A program made the translations under genes and the position numbers. DNA of 64,000 bases from Escherichia phage vB_EcoM_LNA2. Shown here one piece after another: positions 27,689-36,720 of the stretch; the stretch's first letter is position 1, and each line of letters starts with the position of its first letter. Where the stretch lies: the sequence record MZ311865.1; one strand, written 5' to 3'. The notes under the pieces were generated by a model. The model saw only the letters and a program-made list of their open reading frames with translations. It was not told the origin of the DNA and did not search any database.

Positions 27689-28707
27689 ATCTTAGAATAA
27701 TGAGATAATCTCATTTTAGCATGCAACCCACTTGAAATATTCTGTTTCATATATTCTAAAATTTCTTGTGGTGTTGCATTTTCTTTCATTACCATATCAT
27801 TCACATCCTTTGATCTCCACGGAGCTCGGTCCCAGAACATGACACGTTCGCCTGCATCAACTAATCGCTTCATGCGAGCTATAGTATCCGGATGCCTAGG
27901 TTCATTATCCATCACCCATACCCGACGTTCTTTAAATGGTACCACATCTAAATCTATTGAGCCGCCTGTAATAGCTATTGCATTGGGTATGAATAAACTA
28001 TCAATAGGGCCTTCCATTACCCAGACGTCTCCTTCCTTAACACGTTCAACACCATAAATTTTTGTTGCAGACTCAAATGCTTTAATAGTGATATATTTCT
28101 GAGGAGCATCTTTACGAAGTGCACGTCCTTGGAATGACTCAGCCTTCCCGTCTTTATTAAAAATAGGAATCACTAAACGTGGTTCGGGAATCTCTTTCTT
28201 ATACGTACCAGGTTGAATCTTGTTGACCAATTTAGGCCATTCTAATGTGAACCATAATCTGTTCCATGATTCTTTAGGAATGCATCGAGACTTAACATAT
28301 TTCACAATAGGATGCTCTTCAGGCAGCTTGTCCAGACGAGAACAAGACGGCAAAGAATTTATAGTCTTTTTCTCCGGTTCTGGTTTATGTTCAGGAACCT
28401 TTTCAATCTTTGGTTCCATTCTAGCTTTTTCTTTACGAACTTCCATTAGATATTCGCGGTAAAGCTCTTCATCATACTCTTTTAAGTATCCGGAAATTGT
28501 ATTGTGGTATTGGCAGTTATAGCAATGTACATTACCAGGAGTACCGCCATAATACCATCCACGAGCTTTCATTGCATCTGTCTGGGAGTCGCCACAAACT
28601 GGACAACGAAATGTTAATTTAAATGTGCTTGAATTATTGATTTGTCTAAAACGAGGTAGGTGAGAAAACGCACGATAAGCAAATTCATTATCTATCCATT
28701 CAGCCAT
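27685..28707 (-). CDS. 61: DNA primase gp61
   Basis: 340 aa; zinc-ribbon CPVCGDS...CYNCQ and TOPRIM-like region. Confidence 0.9.
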   Translation of the reverse strand: MAEWIDNEFAYRAFSHLPRFRQINNSSTFKLTFRCPVCGDSQTDAMKARGWYYGGTPGNVHCYNCQYHNTISGYLKEYDEELYREYLMEVRKEKARMEPKIEKVPEHKPEPEKKTINSLPSCSRLDKLPEEHPIVKYVKSRCIPKESWNRLWFTLEWPKLVNKIQPGTYKKEIPEPRLVIPIFNKDGKAESFQGRALRKDAPQKYITIKAFESATKIYGVERVKEGDVWVMEGPIDSLFIPNAIAITGGSIDLDVVPFKERRVWVMDNEPRHPDTIARMKRLVDAGERVMFWDRAPWRSKDVNDMVMKENATPQEILEYMKQNISSGLHAKMRLSHYSKI

Positions 28708-28746
28708 AGTATTCTCCAGAGGCCTTAAATTAATAAGGCCATCATA

Positions 28747-29214
28747 TCACAACTTATTAATATTTACTTTAATTCGCTTTCTTTTCTTGGAAGGAATTTG
28801 TTCTGGACCTTTATTTACGACTGCACCTGTAGTTGTTCCTGATGCAACAGCTTGAGGACTACCGCCTGAATCACCAGCAACCATATCCTCAAATAAAGGG
28901 AGTTCTTTAAATATTTCTTTCTGTTGTTCTTCCGTAATGTTATAGCGTGAAGCTACAGCACTCCAGGCAGACATCATTGAGGCCATTCCATTAAGACCTG
29001 GAACAGTGCTCATCATTCGCTTCATTGAACGAACTGAAGCATGAAAAGGTGTATAAGCCGCTTTCTCTTCGGGAGTAGAAGGACGTTTAAGAACACTTCC
29101 ACGTTCATCGATGATTTTGGCTTCGTATGCTTTCCATTCGGTAAAAGGTTTTTGCATTAGCCGAATAAACTTATATGCATAAACAGAATCTATTGCAGTG
29201 TTAATAATACCCAT
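28747..29214 (-). CDS. Hypothetical protein, ~155 aa
   Basis: ORF track 28747..29241 (TTG); ATG 29214 with AGGAGG SD. Confidence 0.5.
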   Translation of the reverse strand: MGIINTAIDSVYAYKFIRLMQKPFTEWKAYEAKIIDERGSVLKRPSTPEEKAAYTPFHASVRSMKRMMSTVPGLNGMASMMSAWSAVASRYNITEEQQKEIFKELPLFEDMVAGDSGGSPQAVASGTTTGAVVNKGPEQIPSKKRKRIKVNINKL

Positions 29215-29233
29215 AGGTACCTCCTGAGTATAT

Positions 29234-29431
29234 TTAATCAATTACAAAGATTGCTTTGTCACCATTTATATCTGTGACTTCATACGTAGTGCCTTCATAC
29301 TGTGGAATATTCCAAATTACACCATCATTAGCTTTTACGCTAATATGGCATTGGTGTTTTGAAACAACTTCATAATCTTCAAAACTTGTAAAAACACTAA
29401 TTTTAGAACCAGTGCAAATTGCAGTAGTCAT
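29234..29431 (-). CDS. Hypothetical protein, 65 aa
   Basis: ORF track; GAGGT SD. Confidence 0.45.
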   Translation of the reverse strand: MTTAICTGSKISVFTSFEDYEVVSKHQCHISVKANDGVIWNIPQYEGTTYEVTDINGDKAIFVID

Positions 29432-29432
29432 T

Positions 29433-30083
29433 TTAACCTCGATTCATAAATGCATTAAATATTTGGTCATCAACAGAAATTTCTAATTCGACTTCAATTG
29501 TTTCAGCCTTTTCTTCAGGTGGTAATTCGTATCCACACACTACAATTTTTTCATCGATATCAAAATATACAGAAGCAATACGATTAATGTTACTTTCAGT
29601 TAAGTCTAAATCAACATCAACATCTTTTTGACCTACACTTAAAGGATAACTAATACGGGTTATTTTATTATCTTTAACAAAGAGTCCACCGACATACTCT
29701 GTACTACGTTTGAAGTTTACACGTTTCCGAAATGAAAGATATGATGCATCTTTACCGTGAGCTCGGCTCATAGGACATAATGAATAGCTAGAATAAGAGA
29801 TGTCAAATCCTACACCTTCAATATGAGCCAACGCGTCATGATTAAACCAATTATAATCATATGCCAAATCCATTATATTGTAATATGTGAAAGGCACCGG
29901 ATTAACATCATACGTTGTACCTTTAAAATCTGCCCAGGCAACGATTTCGTTATCTTTAACAATTACAAAAATTACACCAATATGGTATCCGTTATTATTT
30001 TCGTTAGGCGTTATATTATAACATTGTGCATTAGGAAATTTACCATATTTAAATGGCGCATTTTTGTGCATATAATAAATCAT
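29433..30083 (-). CDS. Hypothetical protein, ~216 aa
   Basis: ORF track 29433..30092 (GTG); ATG 30083. Confidence 0.5.
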   Translation of the reverse strand: MIYYMHKNAPFKYGKFPNAQCYNITPNENNNGYHIGVIFVIVKDNEIVAWADFKGTTYDVNPVPFTYYNIMDLAYDYNWFNHDALAHIEGVGFDISYSSYSLCPMSRAHGKDASYLSFRKRVNFKRSTEYVGGLFVKDNKITRISYPLSVGQKDVDVDLDLTESNINRIASVYFDIDEKIVVCGYELPPEEKAETIEVELEISVDDQIFNAFMNRG

Positions 30084-30084
30084 A

Positions 30085-30378
30085 TTATTCACCTGTGATT
30101 TCGGTTACGATATCTTTGTTATCGAAATTAGGGTCACAATACAAAACATAATTGTACTGCATGATACCACCAGACTTAAGTTGTTCAACAACTTTATTAA
30201 CCATATTAGGACGGTCTCGTTTAGTGATGTTCATGATATCAGAGAAGATTTGTTGTTCAACATCTTCTTGATTTGCAGTCATTGACCACTCACAGAGGTC
30301 TTTATCATAACCTGCTGTAACTGGAGCCGGTGCACATGATACTGCAAGTAAGATTGCTGCCAATGATAACTTTTTCAT
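30085..30378 (-). CDS. sp: Spackle-like periplasmic protein (signal peptide)
   Basis: 97 aa; MKKLSLAAILLAVSCAPAPVTAGYDKDLCEWSM... signal peptide; size and position as T4 sp. Confidence 0.65.
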   Translation of the reverse strand: MKKLSLAAILLAVSCAPAPVTAGYDKDLCEWSMTANQEDVEQQIFSDIMNITKRDRPNMVNKVVEQLKSGGIMQYNYVLYCDPNFDNKDIVTEITGE

Positions 30379-30407
30379 TTTAACTCCTTAGTTGATTTGA
30401 TAGGACT

Positions 30408-30437
30408 ACTATACTATAGTCCATCTATAATGTAAAC
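30408..30437 (-). promoter_or_regulatory. Early promoter (GTTTAC-18-TATAGT) upstream of sp
   Basis: Minus strand. Confidence 0.55.
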
Positions 30438-30441
30438 AAGT

Positions 30442-30690
30442 TTATTCTTTTTCGCGAATAATAATTACTTGTTGAGGCTGCTGAGCAGATTTCTTTTCGG
30501 CAACGATAGACCAAATTAAAGTTCCAATCCAACCAATCATCGTCCAGTTAAAGAGTAAAGATACAAAGAAGATTGCTGTTGTGCTTTTTGTGCCACGAAT
30601 AAGTGCGATTACCCAAGGCAACATGTAAATGATGATTGAACCAATACCTGCGATTAAAACTGCTACTGAACTAGCTACGAATAATTCCAT
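30442..30690 (-). CDS. Two-TM inner-membrane protein, possibly superinfection-immunity-like
   Basis: 82 aa; ...YMLPWVIALIRGTKSTTAIFFVSLLFNWTMIGWIGTLIWSIV...; own early promoter. Confidence 0.5.
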   Translation of the reverse strand: MELFVASSVAVLIAGIGSIIIYMLPWVIALIRGTKSTTAIFFVSLLFNWTMIGWIGTLIWSIVAEKKSAQQPQQVIIIREKE

Positions 30691-30718
30691 GTTAATTTCC
30701 TCTTGATTTGTTATGTTT

Positions 30719-30748
30719 ATAATATCTTGTTTTAACTTTGGTGTAAAC
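30719..30748 (-). promoter_or_regulatory. Early promoter (GTTTAC-18-TATTAT)
   Basis: Upstream of membrane protein 30442..30690. Confidence 0.55.
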
Positions 30749-30751
30749 CAA

Positions 30752-31120
30752 TTAATTAAATTTGTTTAAACGTTCAATACACTGGACGTAGTTATTTGCG
30801 ATTTGTTTCTGGGTAGGCTCTTTACCAGTTGTTTCAACATAGCGAATGAATGCGATTTCAGTAGCCTGTAGACAATGTTCTTTAACGCGTTGTTCTTTTG
30901 ACAATGCTACAGTATCAGAGTCACGATAACGTTGAGCATGGGCATCAGCTTGAATCATTCGATTACCTACAGTAACCGGGTCTTCCACTTCAACTTTAGG
31001 TTGGTCGTACTGTTTAACATTCGGATTGTAAATCAGTTGGCCAACGTTATTAGGGATAAAGCCATGGGCACCACATCCGGTTAATCCAAATACCATTGTT
31101 AAAGCGATTAATTTTTTCAT
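30752..31120 (-). CDS. Lipoprotein (lipobox LTGC)
   Basis: 122 aa; MKKLIALTMVFGLTGCGAHG signal peptide with lipobox; own promoter. Confidence 0.55.
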   Translation of the reverse strand: MKKLIALTMVFGLTGCGAHGFIPNNVGQLIYNPNVKQYDQPKVEVEDPVTVGNRMIQADAHAQRYRDSDTVALSKEQRVKEHCLQATEIAFIRYVETTGKEPTQKQIANNYVQCIERLNKFN

Positions 31121-31148
31121 TTTAATTTCCTCTGTAGTTGATAGAAAG

Positions 31149-31178
31149 ATAGTAACATAGTATGTGGTGCTTGTAAAC
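31149..31178 (-). promoter_or_regulatory. Early promoter (GTTTAC-18-TACTAT)
   Basis: Upstream of lipoprotein gene. Confidence 0.5.
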
Positions 31179-31191
31179 AGTTATTTTAAAA

Positions 31192-31380
31192 TTATCGAAA
31201 ATCTGCTTCGAAAACTTTCTCGTCATTAACAAATGCTTTAACTAATGCGTTGTTCACTTCAGCAAGTTGTACCGTAACCCACTCGATTTCTTCGCGATCA
31301 CCTGATAACATGATATCTTTAGTGAACATCTCACCGCTTTTAAACCAACCGATAAAAGTAACTTTAGTTAATTTGCTCAT
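31192..31380 (-). CDS. Dmd-position small protein, ~62 aa
   Basis: ORF track 31192..31401; ATG 31380 with GAGGAA SD; ATGA-coupled. Confidence 0.4.
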   Translation of the reverse strand: MSKLTKVTFIGWFKSGEMFTKDIMLSGDREEIEWVTVQLAEVNNALVKAFVNDEKVFEADFR

Positions 31381-31694
31381 ATTTCCTCGCAAAATGCCCA
31401 TTCAGCGTGATAAACTGTAGCACCTTTAGTATCATTCATTTGAACTACGTCTACCGGAGAAATTACTCGATAGAGACGTGGTTCACCTCCATAAGAGCGT
31501 GCTGCTCGTCCTGCATAAATCTTTGCTAAACCGATATCTTCAGTAAAGAATACACGATCCAAGTTTTTCTTACGTCCAGTTTCAGACAGAACTCCTGTTT
31601 CCTCAGGAGGACAAAGCATGTTTTCGATGTTAGCTGAACTACTTGAACCGTGATAAAAAATCTTAAATTCTGCTTTACAATCGATGGTTTTCAT
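31377..31694 (-). CDS. Hypothetical protein, 105 aa
   Basis: ORF track; own early promoter. Confidence 0.5.
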   Translation of the reverse strand: MKTIDCKAEFKIFYHGSSSSANIENMLCPPEETGVLSETGRKKNLDRVFFTEDIGLAKIYAGRAARSYGGEPRLYRVISPVDVVQMNDTKGATVYHAEWAFCEEI

Positions 31695-31720
31695 TTTGTT
31701 CTCCAGTAGTTGATAGGTCT

Positions 31721-31749
31721 ATAATAACACAACTACTGGAGAAGTAAAC
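31721..31749 (-). promoter_or_regulatory. Early promoter (GTTTAC-17-TATTAT)
   Basis: Upstream of ORF 31377..31694; TTGATAGGTCTATAATA motif. Confidence 0.55.
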
Positions 31750-32124
31750 TTAAAAACGTAATTTAGATATATCTGCGTTGATTTCGGTTTGGTTTGCGTC
31801 GTATGCAATTAAACGAACAGCTTTAGATGGATCATTCAATGCATAGAAATGATGGAACATTGCTCGAACGATATCACCATTTACGAGTTCTACCTGGATA
31901 GGAGAACCTTTTTCGAGTTGGAAATGTTCATAGGCTTTGATGGTTCGCAGATAATCAAGTTTTTGATTTCCGGCTCCAACAATTTGTACGATACGTTTGC
32001 CCATGTTTTCCATACGAGATACAATAGTTTTAGGAGCAAGAATAACGTAGGTTGCCAGCGGAGAAACTACTTCAACAGTGGTGTTTTCGGTGATTGCAGT
32101 AAAAATTGCTTGAGACATATTCAT
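31750..32124 (-). CDS. Hypothetical protein, 124 aa
   Basis: ORF track; own early promoter. Confidence 0.5.
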   Translation of the reverse strand: MNMSQAIFTAITENTTVEVVSPLATYVILAPKTIVSRMENMGKRIVQIVGAGNQKLDYLRTIKAYEHFQLEKGSPIQVELVNGDIVRAMFHHFYALNDPSKAVRLIAYDANQTEINADISKLRF

Positions 32125-32153
32125 AATGTTTTCCTCTTGGTTTGTGTAAGTAC

Positions 32154-32183
32154 ATCATATCATGCCTAGAGGAAGATGTAAAC
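32154..32183 (-). promoter_or_regulatory. Early promoter (GTTTAC-18-TATGAT)
   Basis: Upstream of ORF 31750..32124; adjacent to gene 41 terminator. Confidence 0.5.
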
Positions 32184-32190
32184 CCCGAAA

Positions 32191-32206
32191 GGAGACCGAA
32201 GTCTCC
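32191..32206 (-). terminator. Hairpin after gene 41 (terminator-like, strand ambiguous)
   Basis: GGAGAC-UUCG-GUCUCC; the T-run is stronger on the + strand side. Confidence 0.4.
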
Positions 32207-32212
32207 TTTTTG

Positions 32213-33655
32213 TTAAAATTTTAACTCATTGGCTAAGCTATCTAGGTCAGCACGTGTTGCTTTGGCTTTACCTACGCGTTCCGTACGATTCACCTCTGCC
32301 TGACGCATCTGAGCACCTGCGTTTTCATTTACTGTGTTAGGTGTGTTCATGCCTTCTTGCTCAATCTCAACCCATTTCTGGTTGCCTTTACGTACACCCA
32401 TCAGGAATTTATTCCACTTATTCTTATCACCATATCGTGATTTGATTTGTTTGATAAGTTGTTGTTCAGCTTGTGCAAGTTCTTCGGTTTCAATTACGGC
32501 CAACATGAAATCTGCTGTTGCTGGTAAACCTGCTGATTCTGCAATATCGCTCATGTTCATATCCGAAGCATCCCATGCTGCACGTCCTACTTGAGCTGCA
32601 GTCCATAGAACTGTTTCAGATTCTACTGCTAATGCACGAAGTTCTTCTGCGATAGCTTTAACTAATGTGTAGCTATTTTCAGTGTAAACTCTGATACGAC
32701 AAGACCCACAAATACCTAAGTAATCAACCATGATTACAGATGGCACAAAGTTCTTCTTGAGTTTCAATTCATTAAGCAATGCACGGAATGTATTAGCATT
32801 AGCTCCGCCAGTAGGATACTGTTTAACTACTAAACGTCCTAATGTGGATTTTGAACGCCATTTTTCCATCTTGGCTTTATATTCAGCATAAGATACGTTA
32901 CCATCATCAATATCATCGAGTGATACATCAAGCATGTTTGCATCTATACGCTTAGCACAAACTTCTTCGGCCATTTCCATGGAAATATAAAGAACATTAT
33001 GACCTGTTTGAAGATAATCTGCAGCAAGTGAACAAAGGCCTAAAGATTTACCAACGTTAACACCAGCCATTAAAACATTCAGCGTACCGGTTTCAGCACC
33101 ACCTTTAGTGATTTTATTCAGAATGTTTAATTTGAACGGGACCTTACGTGCTTTATTTAGATAAGAAAGCCAGCGTGCTTCATAGTCTTCCATCCAGTCA
33201 TGTCCAACATAACTATCAAACGAAATTGAAAGTGCTTGACGCATAATATCAGGAATAGCTCCTACGTCAGGCATTTTCTTGTTACGTTGTTCTGGAGGTA
33301 GTTCAGCATTAGACTGAATCTCAATGATTTTGGACGTAGCGTTATACATCGCTTTTTGCTGGACATATTTCTCAGTTTCTTTAACCAACCATTCGTGGTC
33401 TTCAGGAGTATCAGCCAATTTTTCAATTAGGTCTGAAGTTCCTTTATATTCAGCTTCAGTTAAAGAACTGTTATCTAAAGCCACCTTTAATGCATTGATA
33501 GACGGCATTGCATTATATTCGTTAACGTGGCTCTTTATAATTTTAAAGACATTTTTTGCCGGTCCACGCTCAAAATACTCAGAATCCATATAAGGCCAGA
33601 CCTTAGAAAAATAAGCCTGGTCATATACTAGATGAGACAAAATAATTTCTACCAC
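32213..33655 (-). CDS. 41: Replicative DNA helicase gp41 (DnaB family)
   Basis: 480 aa; Walker A GVNVGKS; very close to recalled T4 gp41; GTG start with AAGGAG SD. Confidence 0.9.
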   Translation of the reverse strand: MVEIILSHLVYDQAYFSKVWPYMDSEYFERGPAKNVFKIIKSHVNEYNAMPSINALKVALDNSSLTEAEYKGTSDLIEKLADTPEDHEWLVKETEKYVQQKAMYNATSKIIEIQSNAELPPEQRNKKMPDVGAIPDIMRQALSISFDSYVGHDWMEDYEARWLSYLNKARKVPFKLNILNKITKGGAETGTLNVLMAGVNVGKSLGLCSLAADYLQTGHNVLYISMEMAEEVCAKRIDANMLDVSLDDIDDGNVSYAEYKAKMEKWRSKSTLGRLVVKQYPTGGANANTFRALLNELKLKKNFVPSVIMVDYLGICGSCRIRVYTENSYTLVKAIAEELRALAVESETVLWTAAQVGRAAWDASDMNMSDIAESAGLPATADFMLAVIETEELAQAEQQLIKQIKSRYGDKNKWNKFLMGVRKGNQKWVEIEQEGMNTPNTVNENAGAQMRQAEVNRTERVGKAKATRADLDSLANELKF

Positions 33656-33664
33656 GATAACTCC

Positions 33665-34024
33665 TTAAAAGAATTTAAATTTTTTCTTGGTCCGTTCATT
33701 AAAAGCTTGTTGTACTTGCATTGTAATACATTTTTCAACATGCGGTGCAAGTTCTGCTTTTCTGTCCTGGTCAAGAACTGCAAAGTCCATTACGATTTTA
33801 CCATCAACCCAGTCTAGTTTTGTAATATAGACTATATGATGAGAACCATCTTCAAGTGTAATCAGAATCTCTTGAATGACATTTTCCATTGCTGAACGGA
33901 TAATTTTAAGAGATTCATTAAACACTCGTTCTTTGCGAATGTCTTCCCCTTCCGAAGAAGGGGATTCATCAACGATTTCTAGATTTAAATCATCGAGATT
34001 ATTCATCGAAATCTTCCATTTCAT
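33665..34024 (-). CDS. Gene 40-position protein, ~119 aa
   Basis: ORF track 33665..34027; overlaps uvsX 3' end; position between uvsX and 41. Confidence 0.45.
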   Translation of the reverse strand: MKWKISMNNLDDLNLEIVDESPSSEGEDIRKERVFNESLKIIRSAMENVIQEILITLEDGSHHIVYITKLDWVDGKIVMDFAVLDQDRKAELAPHVEKCITMQVQQAFNERTKKKFKFF

Positions 34025-35171
34025 CAAGGTCGTTTTCTATATCTGCTGCAGACGGAGCATCAGAAGTTTTAACCGGAACTTTAGTTGTTGCTTTGCAATT
34101 AATAAGGTCATTAACAGCGTCATCAACTTCTTTAATAGAAGAGATAGCACCTAGTTTATATTTAGTTTCAATTGCATCTCGGAAAGGTTTGTGTTTAAAC
34201 AAAGGTCCCCAGAATTCTACACAATCAGTAGCTTTAGCACGCCATGATTTTTCTTCACGAATCATTTCGCCAGTTTCTTCGTCAAGGAATTCACGAGCAT
34301 ACCAACCAGCTTTAGGCTTAACTACAAAACCAATTTCAGTTGCCATTTCTAACAAGCCACTGAATGGGTCGATACCACCATCAAAATTAACAGTGATTGG
34401 GAAAGTAGATTTTTCTTTAACGGTGCGAGATTTTTCCGCTTTCAACGTGAAGTCATAACCGGTCAATTCTGTACCTTCTTTAACCTGACGTTTAGAGATA
34501 AAAAATACCGTGTTGGCAGAATAAAGAATACCTGTACCACCACCCATAATCTCTTTAGGATACAATCCGCCGATTTCCATTGCTGTATGGTTGATTGCAA
34601 CACATGGAATATCTTTAATAGTCAGATAAGGAGTCACAATGCGGAACAGAGATTTAAGTGCCTTAGCACGAGACATATCACCTACAACTTTCTCGTTCAA
34701 TGCATCTTCAGTTTCTTTCTTAGATGCAGTATTACCGATTGAATCGATAAAGATAATAACTTTATCACCGCGTTCAATCGCGTCAAGCTGATTAGTCATA
34801 TCAACTTTAAGTTGTTCGACAGATTGAATCGGAGTATGAACTACACGGTCTAAATCAACACCCATTGAACGAAAATAAGATTCTGAAGCACCAAATTCAG
34901 AATCATAGAACAAACAAATTGCATCTTTATATTTCTTCATATATGCTGCAACCATGGTCAGCCCAAACAACGTTTTAAAGTGTTTAGAAGGAGCAGCAAA
35001 AATAGTTAAGCCTGATTGCAACCCGGCATTCAGTGCACCACCTAATGCAATATTCAACATCGGAATACGAGTAGGGACTTCATCACGATTATTAAACAGC
35101 TTAGACTTAGTCAAGTCTGCAGTCATTTTAGAAGTAGAAGCTTTAATCAGACGAGATTTTAAATCAGACAT
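33999..35171 (-). CDS. uvsX: Recombinase UvsX (RecA family)
   Basis: 390 aa; MSDLKSRLIKASTSK...; Walker A-type region; close to recalled T4 UvsX. Confidence 0.9.
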   Translation of the reverse strand: MSDLKSRLIKASTSKMTADLTKSKLFNNRDEVPTRIPMLNIALGGALNAGLQSGLTIFAAPSKHFKTLFGLTMVAAYMKKYKDAICLFYDSEFGASESYFRSMGVDLDRVVHTPIQSVEQLKVDMTNQLDAIERGDKVIIFIDSIGNTASKKETEDALNEKVVGDMSRAKALKSLFRIVTPYLTIKDIPCVAINHTAMEIGGLYPKEIMGGGTGILYSANTVFFISKRQVKEGTELTGYDFTLKAEKSRTVKEKSTFPITVNFDGGIDPFSGLLEMATEIGFVVKPKAGWYAREFLDEETGEMIREEKSWRAKATDCVEFWGPLFKHKPFRDAIETKYKLGAISSIKEVDDAVNDLINCKATTKVPVKTSDAPSAADIENDLDEMEDFDE

Positions 35172-35270
35172 TGTATTTTTCCATAGGCATCATTATATTT
35201 TACTCATGTTTAAAAGATAAGACGATTATATAATAAGGGTTATACAGCATTTAAAACTTTAAACAGGCTC

Positions 35271-35819
35271 TTAACGAGCCCATTTGATAATTTCTGTAAT
35301 CAAATTATTACGTTCGCTTGCATTAAATCCTATAACTTTGTTAGCACCATCATGATTAAGTAATTGATACGTTTGGATTTCGTTATGAATTGCAAACTCT
35401 TCAAAATATGAAATGACTGTATTAAAACCAAATGAAGACAAAGTAATAAGGTCGTCTTCAAAACTTTCAGTCATTTCGTTACGTGTTAAAATAATTGTGA
35501 ACACATCATGGTTTTGGCAAAGACGAACATAGTCCTGTTCATAAACGTCAAGAACCGAGTCCGCATCTTGTCGAATACGTCCGTAAACCCAGTTACTAAT
35601 ATATCCACGGTCTAATAGATAAATCTTAGTAGGGTCTAAATAATTCAACATCGTTTCGAAACAGCCAACTTCATTTCGAGACTTAACATCGAAACGTCCA
35701 TCAACTGTTCGTTTAGGGAAATCAATCTTTACATATCTTTCACTAATTTCCATTATGTCATTAATGAAAGTTGTTTTACCAGCATTATCTGGGCCATCTA
35801 CTAAAATAATTTTAGCCAT
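35271..35819 (-). CDS. P-loop kinase (nucleotide/nucleoside kinase-like)
   Basis: 182 aa; Walker A VDGPDNAGKTT; LLDRGYIS resembles dNK-type motif. Confidence 0.6.
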   Translation of the reverse strand: MAKIILVDGPDNAGKTTFINDIMEISERYVKIDFPKRTVDGRFDVKSRNEVGCFETMLNYLDPTKIYLLDRGYISNWVYGRIRQDADSVLDVYEQDYVRLCQNHDVFTIILTRNEMTESFEDDLITLSSFGFNTVISYFEEFAIHNEIQTYQLLNHDGANKVIGFNASERNNLITEIIKWAR

Positions 35820-35820
35820 T

Positions 35821-36720
35821 TTATTCCTCGATTACGACATCTTCATATTTAGGTATATTATACGGTGAAGAAATTAAAGCGTTAAAGTAGATGAACTCAC
35901 CAAGACCTGGATGGAATACTTCTTCAGGATTTTCGAAATATTGAATTTTCGGACGTCCTTTAAGAATTTGATAGTACTCAGTTTTAGTTGGTTTAAAAAT
36001 TCGAATCAACGCTTCTTCAGGATACTTATTTCTGTCGAAGCTATTATTTGGATCGGTTATATAAAGCGGTTGACCTAATTGAATTGCGCATTCAACAACT
36101 TGTTCAAAACGATAGCATGGGTCACTAATTCGAAATGGATGAAAAATACCATCTAGATGAATAGGAGCCAAATCACCTACAAGACGCTGCATGATGGAAG
36201 GACGTATAACTTTCTGCGTTACGATAATCTTATTACCATCTGCACCAGCGTTAACCAGCACTTCTTTTTGACGTTCATTCAACACAGTAGTTTGAAGTGA
36301 ACGATTAACCGACAACATATCGGTTTTTAAGAATTCGTCAATATAAAAACGTGGTTTATTAGGGTCTGCAGTGATATTGAAATTGAATTCCGCATCAAAA
36401 GCGCCGTCATATCCAGTGATATCTGTGATTAGAAAATCACAGTCATAATAAGCAATTAATGAATCAACCACAAATTCATTTTCAGACCAGAAATATTTAC
36501 GAGTGTTATACGCGTTATCTTTATACCATAATGGAACAAACTTAAATTCTGGAAAAAGACGTTCGCATTCTTTAATATCAGATGCATTACGTGGATATGT
36601 AATCACATCACCCGGATTAGCACGGTGCAAATGAAGTTGGAAGTTGCCATCCTTAAGGATAGCATACTGTCCAGTTTCATAAGACCGCATACTCAAGATA
36701 GGTACGCGGAAAATAGCCAT
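35821..36720 (-). CDS. Hypothetical protein, 299 aa (occupies T4 beta-gt position)
   Basis: ORF track; no recognised motif; TAATG-coupled to TS-like gene. Confidence 0.5.
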   Translation of the reverse strand: MAIFRVPILSMRSYETGQYAILKDGNFQLHLHRANPGDVITYPRNASDIKECERLFPEFKFVPLWYKDNAYNTRKYFWSENEFVVDSLIAYYDCDFLITDITGYDGAFDAEFNFNITADPNKPRFYIDEFLKTDMLSVNRSLQTTVLNERQKEVLVNAGADGNKIIVTQKVIRPSIMQRLVGDLAPIHLDGIFHPFRISDPCYRFEQVVECAIQLGQPLYITDPNNSFDRNKYPEEALIRIFKPTKTEYYQILKGRPKIQYFENPEEVFHPGLGEFIYFNALISSPYNIPKYEDVVIEE

